32,446 bases of DNA from Callorhinchus milii. Its lineage: Eukaryota. Below the pieces are notes generated by a model. It saw nothing but the letters and a program-made list of their open reading frames with translations. It was not told the DNA's origin and ran no database searches. The stretch covers positions 1 to 32,446 of the forward strand of contig NW_024705598.1 in the NCBI RefSeq assembly GCF_018977255.1. Direction: 5' to 3'. Each line of letters opens with the position of its first letter. The stretch's first letter is position 1. Made by a program: the position numbers and the translations under genes. This document shows, in pieces, positions 12,801 to 23,800 of this stretch.

Positions 12801-15800
12801 GGGTGAGCCTGACATCGGCTGAGCTGACCGAAGGGGCACCAATATTTTCGCAGTCAGAGCTATGGGACTTCTAGATGAAGTACGTGGCACAGACGAAAGG
12901 GTGGCTGCAGCGCTGTTAAGGTGGCGAAATGTGGAGGCAATAATAACCTCCCTACTCCATGCTGATCGGGGCTTCAAAAGACAAGGAAAACTGTCAGATG
13001 GAAAGGAAAGGAAAAGGGTCACGTATTTCCTGGGCCAAATAAATACGTGGAAACAAAACACACCTGACGACAACTCCACTAACATGTAATGCTGCGGATA
13101 GCGGAACATTGTAACCATAAATGCCTTAATAGTGGAGTATTTTGTATCACAGTTGCCAATAGAATCTGAGTAGACCTAATGTACAACAACCAGATCCTAT
13201 GTAATTTGTGTGTATATGTGAAGTATTGGAATTGACGGCAGGAACTTCTTGACGGGAACACACTTTTATTAAATCTTTACGTGTCAGAATACAACGTGTG
13301 GTCTCCCTTCTTCCGACTTCACACTCCACTAATCTCGTGTAAACTCTAGGCCTCTGGCTACACACGATACACTTCACTCGTGTAGACCCCTATGCCTCTG
13401 GCTACACAATACACTCGACTCGTGTAGACCCTATGTCCCTGGCTACACACAATGCATTCGGCTCGTGTAGACCTTATGCCTATGGCTACACACACTACAC
13501 TCGCCTCTGGGTTACACAGAGTCCCGGTCCCGTTAGGACAGCGGGACTAGGTACCGCAGGGCCCTATTCTTCGATCCCCGTCTTCATTCTTCGCTGGTTA
13601 CAACTGCCCTTACGCCTGTGTGCATCCCCTTTATAGCCCCTGCTCACGAGAGACGGAGCTGAATGCGGACGTCGACGTGAGCATCGCTCCTTAGTGGACC
13701 AATCACGACGCGCTCTCTCTACGATCCGTTTTCCCCAGCGCGTGTTAACACTACTCCACCAATCACACCGCGCTGCACCCGGTCACTCCCTCTCAGCGCG
13801 TCACCGGCCCACAGCCAATCATTACCCCGTAACCCACGACCCCGCGCTGACCCCTGATCCTCCACCGTCAGCGCGCGTCACCACATACACAGCCAATCAT
13901 TACTCGCTGGCATACGATCCCTAATCCCAGCGCGTATCACCTCTACATATGTACCGAATTTTGAGAATGTTTGTTGATTTTGATTTTTATGCTGTGTACC
14001 TGCTTGTGGAAAGGAGAGAGCAGTACTTTCCGAAGTTTTTTTTTGTAAGAGGTTTTTTTTTGCCTGTTTGGCCATCCTTAGCAGTCTGGTGTATCTTACT
14101 GGGCGTTGGGTTGGCTCCCCATGAGAGTGTGCTCACTGCCATTGCTTACCTAGGTACTACATGCTTTGGGTACCAACCATCCCCGTGTGATGGTTGTTCA
14201 CTCAGTGCTGTGTTTGGTCACCTGATATGCCAAGGTCTGCAGTAAGTAGTTACTGTGTATTGCAGCTGATCTTTTTATTTACTGTAATGTTCAAGCTTGC
14301 TTAGGGATTTAGAAGAAATTTAATGAAAGAATGGTACGAAAAAAAGGGGAGGGCAGGGGAGGGAGGGGAGGGGAGGGAGGGGAGGGGAGGGAGGTGCCTT
14401 CGCCGCTATGGTGCTGGTAGCGCAGCAGCAGGGAATCTGGTGATGGGTTTTTGAGGGTGATTTGTTTTCTTATCGGTGTCTATGAACACAGTAACACACA
14501 ATGGGACTAATGTTACATTGGGAACCCGCGTTATATCTTTGATAAAAAAAACAAAATAATAAAACAAACAAACGACATGATGAACGAAGTAAAGTGCCGA
14601 AAGACTGAGCATCTTTCTCGTCTGATCGTTTAAAAAAAAAGGAGGGAGGAGGGGGAGGGAGGAGGGAGGGGGAGGGAGGGAGGGGAGGGTCAAGAGGGAG
14701 GGAGGGGAGGGAGACTTTGCGGGGAGGAGGAGGTGGAGACGTTACGAAGGAGATCGACCGTCTCGGAGTTTTTCGAGCGGATTTCTTTAAGATGCCGACT
14801 CTCCCGGGACAGGAACGGCGCGTCGTGCATTCGCATGATTCTTCTTGTCGTCTTTTTCGGTGTAAAGCTTCTTTCGTGACTGCAGCAGGGATTCATCTTC
14901 TTTGGTTCTTTCGGTAAAGTCACGTAGAAGGGAAGTAATAAAGTAATAAAAATAAAACATCATAAAATAATATAATAAAGTAATATAATAAAATAAAATA
15001 ATACGATCATATAATATTATATTTCGATGTAAAGCTTCTTTCGTGACTGCAGGGATTCATCTTCTTGGTTCTTTCGGTAAAGGTCACGTAGAAGGGAAAT
15101 AATAAAATAATAAAAATAAAACATAATAAAATAATTCTCACGACGTTTCGGCCACAACGCAAGCAGCCGTCCTCAGGTGAAGCCGTCCTCAGGTTGTGGC
15201 AGAAACGTCGTGAGAATTGTATTTTATTATGTTTTATGTTTATTATTTTATTACGTTAAATTTGTATTATTTGATTATGTTTTATTTTTAGTATTTTATT
15301 ACGTTTTATTTTTAGTATTTTAAAATTGTATTTTATTATGTTTTATGTTTATTATTTTATTACGTTTAATTTGTATTATTTGATTATGTTTTATTTTATT
15401 ATTTTATTACTTCCCTTCTACGTGACGACTTTACCGAAAGAACCAAGAAGATTCTTGTCGTCGTCGTTGTTGTTGTTGATATTGTCATCGTTGTTGTTGT
15501 TGTTGTCGTTGTTGTCGTTGTTGTTGTTGTCGTCGTTGTTGTGTCGTTGTCGTCGTTGTTGTCGTTGTCGTTGTTGTTGTTGTTGTTGTCGTTGTTGTCG
15601 TTGTCGTCGTTGTCGTCGTTGTTGTTGTTGTTGTCGTCGTTGTCGTCGTCGTTGTTGTCGTTGTCGTCGTTGTTGTTGTTATTGATATTGTCGTCGTTGT
15701 TGTTGTCGTTGTTGTTGTTGTTGTCGTTGTTGTTGTTGTCGTCGTCATTGTTGTTGTCGTTGTTGTTGTCGTTGTTGTTGTTGTCATCGTAGTTGTTGTT

Positions 15801-18800
15801 GTCGTCGTCGGTTGTTGTTGTTGTCGTTGTTGTTGTCGTTGTCGTCGTCGTTGTTGTTGTTGTCGTTGTTGTTGTTGTCGTCGTTGTCGTCGTTGTTGTC
15901 GTTGTTTGTTGTTGTCATTGTTGTTTGTTGTTGTCGTTGTCGTCGTTGTTGTTGTTGTCGTTGTTGTTGTCGTCGTCGTTGTTGTTGTTGTTGTGTTGTT
16001 GTTGTTGTTGTCGTCGTTGTTGTTGTCGTCGTTGTTGTTGTTGTGGTTGTTGTTGTCGTCGTTGTTGTTGTTGTCGTTGTTGGTCGTCGTTGTTGTTGTC
16101 TGTTGTCGTCGTCGTTGTTGTCGTTGTTGTTGTCGTTGTTGTCGTCGTTGTCGTCGTCGTTGTTGTCGTTGTCGTCGTCGTTGTCGTTGTTGTCGTTGTT
16201 GTCGTTGTTGTTGTCGTTGTCGTCGTTGTCGTTGTTTATTGTTGTCGTCGTCGTTGTTGTTTTTGTCGTTGTTGTTGTCGTTGTCGTCGTCGTTGTTGTT
16301 GTCGTCGTTGTCGTTGTTGCTGTTGTTGCTGTCGTTGTTGCTGTTGTTGTTGTCGTCGTTGTTGTTGTTGTTGCTGTTGTCGTTGTTGTTGTTGTCGTCG
16401 TTGTTGTTGTCGTTGTTGTCCGTTGTCGTCGTTGTTGTCGTTGTTTTGTTGTCGTTGTCGTCGTTGTTGTTGTTGTTGTTGTCGTTGTTGTTGTCGTTGT
16501 CGCCGTCGTTGTTGTCGTCGTTGTCGTTGTTGTTGTTGTCGTTGTTGTTGTCGTTGTCGCTGTTGTTGTCGTTGTTGTTGTTGTCGTCGTTGTTGTTGTT
16601 GTTGTCGTTGTTGTTGTCGTCGTCGTTGTTGTTGTCGTTGTTGTCGTTGTCGTTGTTGTCGTTGTTGTCGATGTCGTTGATGTTGTCGTTGTTGTCGTTG
16701 TTGTTGTCGTCGTCGTTGTTGTTGTCGTTGTCGTCGTCGTTGTTGTTGTTGTCGTCGTTGTGTTGTCGTTGTTGTTGTCGTCGTGTTGTTGTTGTCGTCG
16801 TTGTTGTTGTCGTTGTCGTTGTTGTTGTCGTCGTTGTTGTCGTTGTCGTCGTCGTTGTTGTCGTCGTTGTTGTCATTGTTGTTGTCGTTGTTGTCGTTGT
16901 TGTCGTCGTTGTTGTTGTGATTGCGAGCGAACGTCGCCGCTTGGCCCGGAGTGAGTGGGCACGTGTCTCCTCCCCGCCAAGACGCGCACCACGGGAAGCC
17001 CAACTCCACCGTCGCGGCGACGACGCGGCTCCCGGCGGGCCGCCGTCGTGCAGGTGAGACGCTCCTCGTCCTCCTTGTTGCCGTCGTGCGCCGGGAGAGG
17101 CTCCCACAGGTGGGCAGCAGTGCCCCGTCAGGTAACGGTGTCAGTCTTGTTGGCAGATAGAAGGTCAAACAAGTATTATTATCATGCCTCGTCATTGTCA
17201 CCATCACCCCCACTGTGACCCCCCACCGCCCCCCCTCCACCCCCTCCACCCCCACCCCCTCCACCCCCTCCACCCCCCCACCCCCTCCACCCCCCCCACC
17301 CCCCCACCCCTTCCACCCCCTCCACCTTCTCCACCCCCACCACCCCTTCCACCCCCCCCCCCCGAAAATGAACTAAAACTAGTCATTAAAAATTAACCCG
17401 TAAAAACAAAGTTTTTCACTCTAAATCCTTTATATGCGTGGCGGCTAGAGTCCTCTCGTCCTCTGGCTTGAGATGGCTGCCACCTATGGGTCAGATGATT
17501 GCCTGCCACCATTAAGCAATTGGTAATTAAATATAATATATTTTTTCCTAAAAAGTGTAAAATTTTGGAAAAAAATTATGACTGCAGGTATCGTGGTCAA
17601 TGCAAACATGACTCCTCGTAAAAAAGATGTCAGTTTTATTGCCAAATAGAAGGGTAAAAAATCAATTATCATACCCCGTCAGTGTCACCATCACCCCACC
17701 GTGACCCCCCACCGTGACCCCCCACCAACCCACCCGCCCCCCACCCCCCCACCCCCTCCACCCCCACCACCCCCACCGTGACTCCACCGTGACCCCACCG
17801 TGACCCCACCGTGACCCCACCGCCCGAGTTGGATTCCCGCTCGCAGCCAACAGCAGTGGTAGCGATTATCTGAACCGGTCCTGGGCCTCCCCTAGGTCTA
17901 CTCAGCCTCTAATTAGTACTTGTAGTAAACACGGCTCGCACGGGGGAGACAAGGTCTGGTGGTGGTGGCCGGCGGCGGCGGCGACGGCGACGGAGGTGGT
18001 GGTGACGGTGGTGATGGTGGCGGTGGTGGTGGCGGTGGGCGGTGGTGACGGTGGTGGTGGTGGTGGCGTTGGCGACGGTGGTGGCGGTCACGGTGACGGT
18101 GACGGTGGTGGTGGTGACGGTGGTGGCGGTGACGGTGACGGTGGCGGTGTGGTGGTGGCGGTGGCGGTGACGGTGACGGTGGTGGTGGCGGTGACGGTGG
18201 TGGCGGTGACGGTGACGGCGGCGGTGGTGGTGGTGACGGTGACGGTGGTGGTGGCGGTGACGGTGGTGGCGGTGGCGGTGATGGTGGCGGTGGCGGTGGT
18301 GGCGATGACGGTGACGGTGGTGGTGGCGGTGACGGTGACGGTGGTGGTGGTGGTGGTGACGGTGGTGTTGGTGGTGGTGACGGTGGTGTTGGTGGTGGCG
18401 GTGACGGTGGTGGTGGTGGCGGTGACGGTAGTGACGGTGACGGTGGTGGCGGTGACGGTGGTGGTGGTGACGGTGGTGGTGGCGGTGACGGTGGTGGTGA
18501 CGGTGGTGGCGGTGACGGGGACGGTGGCGGTGGCGGTGGCGGTGGTGGTGGTGACGGTGGCGGTGACATTTACGAAGATGAGACTGAGACGAGTGGATGT
18601 TGTGTGTTTATATTTGGAGTGTGTGCTGCACGGTTAGGGGGCTACAGGTCATCTCAGTCGACCCGTGGCACCTGCCGGGTCTGCCTCGTGACCTCCTCCT
18701 GCCTGTGGGCCAGAGGTCGCAAACGGGTTTTGATTCCTTACCCCTCATACCCGTACCCGGCCGCACCAGGGTTGCAAACGGGAACCCGTACCCGTACCCT

Positions 18801-20826
18801 ACCCGTACCCTACCCGAAATGAGTGACAAACGGTGACTCACCAGTGACTCACGGCCTACCTGTACCCGTACCCAGCTGGGTACGGGTATCGGGTACCCGG
18901 TTGCGACCTCTGCTGTGGGCATTCGACACTTGGCCTGGCCTCAACGTGCACGTAGCCTGGCACAAGCGCCGTAGTGACGTCACCGCCACTTAGTGGTGTG
19001 TGTGTGTGTCGGTGAGTGTACGTGTGTGTGTGTGTGTGTCGGTGAGTGTACGTGTGTGTGTGTGTCGGTGTGGTGACAGTCAGACGATCGGATTGATGGG
19101 GGGGGGGGGGGGGGCGCTGAGGAGGGTGACAGGGGAGCGGAGCGAGTGAGACCGATGGTGTTTGACGTCCGCGAGGGAAGTTTACGCGAGCCAAGAGGTG
19201 GGGGAAAGGGCGTAGGGGGGGAGAGCGCCGAGCCTGACGCCGGCCGCCTTCCCGGCGCTGTGCGTCCCTCCCGCAGGCCGCGTCGTCACCGTCACCGCAC
19301 CGCCATCGCCACCGTCACCCTCCGTGCCCACGGGCCTGGGGAGGTCGCGGTCCGTCAAGGTCGCTGCGGAAGGTCACTCTCTCTCTCGCTCACTCTCTCA
19401 CTCTCTCGCTCTCTCTCTCGCTCACTCTCTCTCTCGTTCTCTCGCTCGCTCTCCTCGCTCGCTCTCTCACTCACTCTCTCGCTCGCTCTCTCACTCACTC
19501 TCTCTCTCTCTCGCTCACTCTCTCGCTCAATCTCTCGCACTCGCTCACTCTCTCTCTCGCTCTCTCACTCGCTCTCTCGCTCTCTCGCTCACTCACTCTT
19601 TCTCTCTCGCTCGCTCGCTCGCTCTCTCGCTCACTCTCTCGCTCACTCACTCACTCTCTCGCTCACTCTCTCGCTCACTCACTCACTCGCTCACTCTCTC
19701 GCTCACTCTCTCGCTCACTCTCTCTCACTCCTCTGCTCACTCACTCTCTCACTCACTCTCTCACTCACTCTTTCGCTCACTCACTCTCTCACTCTCTCGC
19801 TCGCTCTCTCGCTCGCTCTCTCTCACTCTCTCTCGCTCACTCACTCTCTCGCTCACTCTCTCACTCACTCTCTCGCTCACTCTCTCGCTCACTCTCTCGC
19901 TCGCTCCTCGCTCCTCTCTCTCACTCTCTCTCGCTCACTCACTCTCTCACTCACTCTCTCACTCACTCTTTCGCTCACTCACTCGCTCACCTCTCTCTCT
20001 CTCTCGCTCGCGCTCTCTCGCTCGCTCTCTCACTCACTCTCTCCTCGCTCTTTCACTCACTCTCTCTCTCTCTCGCTCACTCTCTCGCTCATCTCTCGCT
20101 TACTCGCTCACTCACTCTCTCTCGCTCTCTCACTCCTCTCTCGCTCTCTCGCTCACTCACTCTCTCCCCGCTCGCTCTCTCCTCTCTCGCTCACTCTCTC
20201 GCTCACCTCTGCTCACTCTCTCGCTCACTCTCTCGCTCACTCACTCGCTCCTCACTCGCTCACTCTCTCGCTCTCTCTCTCGCTCGCTCTCTCTCACTCT
20301 CTCTCACTCCCTCACTCTCTCACTCACTCTCTCACTCACTCTTTCGCTCACTCACTCGCTCACTCTCTCCGCTCGCTCTCTCGCTCGCTCTCTCTCACTC
20401 TCTCTCTCACTCACTCTCTCTTGCTCACTCTCTCTCTCACTCTCTCACTCACTCTCTCTCTCACTCTCTCTCTCTCTCTCTCACTCACTCTCTCTCACTC
20501 TCTCTCCTCACTCACTCTCTCACTCACTCTCTCGCTCACTCTCTCCTCACTCTCTCCTCACTCTCTCGCTCACTCTCTCGCTCCTCTCTCTCTCACTCTC
20601 TCTCCTCACTCACTCTCTCACTCACTCTCTCTCACTCTCTCTCCTCACTCACTCTCTCACTCACTCTCTCGCTCACTCTCTCGCTCACTCTCTCCTCCTC
20701 TCTCCTCACTCTCTCTCACTCTCTCTCCTCACTCACTCTCTCTCTCACTCTCTCCTCTCCCTCTCCTCACTCACTCTCTCCTCACTCTCTCTCACTCTCT
20801 CGCTCACTCTCTCCTCCTCTCTCCTC

Positions 20827-20858
<32 letters not shown>

Positions 20859-23800
20859 ACCACCGTCGGGTGTGGCTGGGTTTCACCTGAGCTCCTGCCC
20901 CAACGTTGGTGTGGATGGGGGCCTGGGCTCAGGCCGCGAGAGAGTTTCATACCGCCGAATAACCAAAGGACGATACTTTCATCCCTCGTTTTTCGGTTTT
21001 CATCTTTATTCCCCCCACTCCCTTATTTGGCTTTTCCCAGTTTTTTCTTTATTTTCCTTTTTGTTGGTCCGCCGAGCTCGTCGACCGAAAGTCCACGGTC
21101 GTTCGACTCGCGGCGAGATTTCTTTTGTGCGGATTTTTTTCCTTTTCCCCTTCCACACGCGCACGCGGGACGACGCACACGCGGCGCGACTTAACAAAGC
21201 AACGACAACAACGACAACAACGACAACAACATTTACGAAAGCAGCACCGCCAGCGAACGCCCAACGACACAGCGCAAAGGTACTCTGCCACCACCATCAT
21301 GGCGCAGCGCCAGCGCGCGGAAGAGGAGGACGCGAGGATGCTGAGCCTCACGCGGAGGAACGGCGTCGTGGCTTTCCCTCCACCTGAGGTGACAGCCGAC
21401 GCTGTCGCCGGCGCGGTGGCCGCGTGCGTCGGCTCCGCCGGCGTCTTGGCCGTCCAGCGCCAAAACCGCGGCGTCACCGTGTACGTGGCGGAGGAGGAGA
21501 TGGTGGCGCGAGTCGTGGAGAAGGGGCTCACGGTGGGGGAGCTGTTTGTGCAGTGCGCCCCGCTCGCCTCGCCCGCGGTCCGCGTGCTGCTCTCCGGCAC
21601 GCCGCCGTACCTCTCCAACGCCGAGCTGCGCGTCGACCTGCAGCGCTTCGGCACGGCCGTGTCGAGCATCACAACACTGCCCATGAGAACGAGCAACGCA
21701 GCACTCACCCATGTCAAGGCACTACAGCGCCAAGTTTTTATGGTCCTGAAGAATGGGGCCGAAGAACTTGACGTTACACTCAAATACACCATAAACAAAA
21801 GCACTTACACGGTGTATGCCTCTTCGGTTGGGCTCCGATGCTACGGGTGTGGCAAACCGGGCCACGCCCGTAGAAACTGCCCGAGCAAGGTGAGCGGGTT
21901 GGTCGCGCCACCTGCCGCGGCGATGCCGGGACAATGGGTCCGACCGGAGGAGCAGCAACAGCCGCGGCAACAACACCAAGGGCAGCAGCAGCAGCAACAA
22001 CAAAAGCAGCAGCAGCAGCAGCCGCAGCAGCAGCAACAAAAACAGCAGCAGCAGCCNNNNNNNNNNNNNNNNNNNNNNNNNNNNNNACCCGGCAGGTCGA
22101 GGCTAATGAACCATCGAGATGTGACTTTAGACGGAGACCACCACCCACGGGCAATCCAGCGACATGAACGCGGTCCATTCAGACGGTGGTTTACGATGAT
22201 CTGCCTCGCTGAGAAAGGTACAAGATGAATTGTGGTTCATAGAAGAAACCAATACGGGTTACCCAACCTCACAAGCTGGTACTCCGCTAAGTGTGAGATG
22301 GAGAGCTAGCGGCCGAAGGTAGAGCGTTAGTTAGAGGGAATTGTGGCTGCATACTAAGTTACCTAAACGCGCAAGGCAAGACTATTGTATGTAAAAAGAT
22401 CACCGACCGAGCCGAATCATCACCCCGCTACCTCGTTGACCTTCACAGCCTGGGAGTTAAGATTGGCGTCTCTTTCGGGAAAGTAACCTATACGTGCAAA
22501 GTCACCCTGCCACCATGAACCCACTTGTAAGGTGCTTAAATGGGGAAACAGCAGTCTTATAAGCCCTTAGTCACCAAACCGTGAGAGTTTTAGGTATACA
22601 ATTGAGAGAGCTTGTTCAGTGGGACACATATTTTACGGAGAAGTTCTCGGCTCAGGTATACAGCGGCTACACACTCTCTCAAGTTTTAGGTGAAGTGCTC
22701 ACGTGTCGGGATCGATATGGACCACTCCGATATTAGCTCCTTCCTAGGGTGCAAAAGGGTCGTTGGGCATGCTCGAGAAACCGAAGATGCTCCGGTAAGG
22801 CAGAAGTTAGGCGAATGGCGCCCAGATTCTATACCGAATCACGTCACAGAGCCTCCCACATAGGTGGTCCACTAGTTAAAGTATGCAAGCTCTGCCTCTA
22901 TGTTTGCGGTGGTGCCACAACTGACTTGGCATCCTTAGTCAAAGCCTTCACGTTTCGCGATGAGATGTGGCTGACACCCTGACTCTCGGTTGAGACAAAT
23001 AAATAGAGATCGGACCATCCCTTCAGCGGCTAGGCTGTTCTATATCGGGAAGTACACTGCTTGCCAAGCTGCGCGTACTATTGATCATGCCTTGAGGGCC
23101 GCGTCCGAGAGAGAGCGTTGAGAAAGAAATCTCGGGGAAGTAGAGGCGGCTAGACTGCTCTAAGTGAAGAGTATCGATATTTAAAGTCGTTTAAGCCCTC
23201 GATACGAGCCGATCTGAGAGAAATAACTATCCAAACCCTAGAGTCGCGCTATCCTCTAAATGCAGACGCGCAGAGGTGGGTCAGCACATGGCAGGGATAG
23301 AGTCCCAGTGTATCCATAGGCAGCACCTCAGAACCTGTGATTCATTAACCAGAGAGCTGTACAAAGGTATACGACGTATAGGCCGGTTCGGTCATCCACG
23401 TGTTGTGAAGCAAACATTGTCTTGGGATGTATAGAGTTATGGCAAGTGCATAGCCCTGTAACGTCTAAGTGTTCTTGCTGAATTACCTAAAGTAGCATGA
23501 CAAACCTATGGACTACTCAACGCAGAGGCCAAGGAGGGCCTGCAGGTTTGGTAGGCATCAATCGAACAGTGGTGAAACATGCTTTTGGGCAGTGATGTCG
23601 GCCGCTGGCAGCCATATTTATGCTAGTCCTAGAGACTTTTTTCGGTAGTGAGTTTTTGACTGCACCGCTAGACGAAACGCTAGAAACGCTGAAGTCGTAG
23701 TTCTACATGTACGCATTTTCTGTGTGAAGGGGTTATCCTTACGGCCGAGATTAGTGGTTCTGTACTTGAACTGGGAATATCATAAACACGCCTTCAAATT

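Noticed and set aside
15455..16954. Long ORFs (295-540 aa) on both strands
   Set aside because: Artefacts of a stop-free GTT/GTC array; poly-V/L/T/N/Q translations.
17393..17660. piggyBac-like MITE (TTAACCC...GGGTAAA)
   Set aside because: Termini match only over ~5 nt and there is no right-hand TTAA; AT-rich insert of unknown origin.
17847..17958. Possible Ig domain 4 second-half exon after tcgcag|
   Set aside because: Stops in the Ig-like frame and no clear motif; cannot be supported.
19146..21387. 682- and 687-aa Ser/Leu/His ORFs
   Set aside because: Translation of the CT-rich microsatellite.
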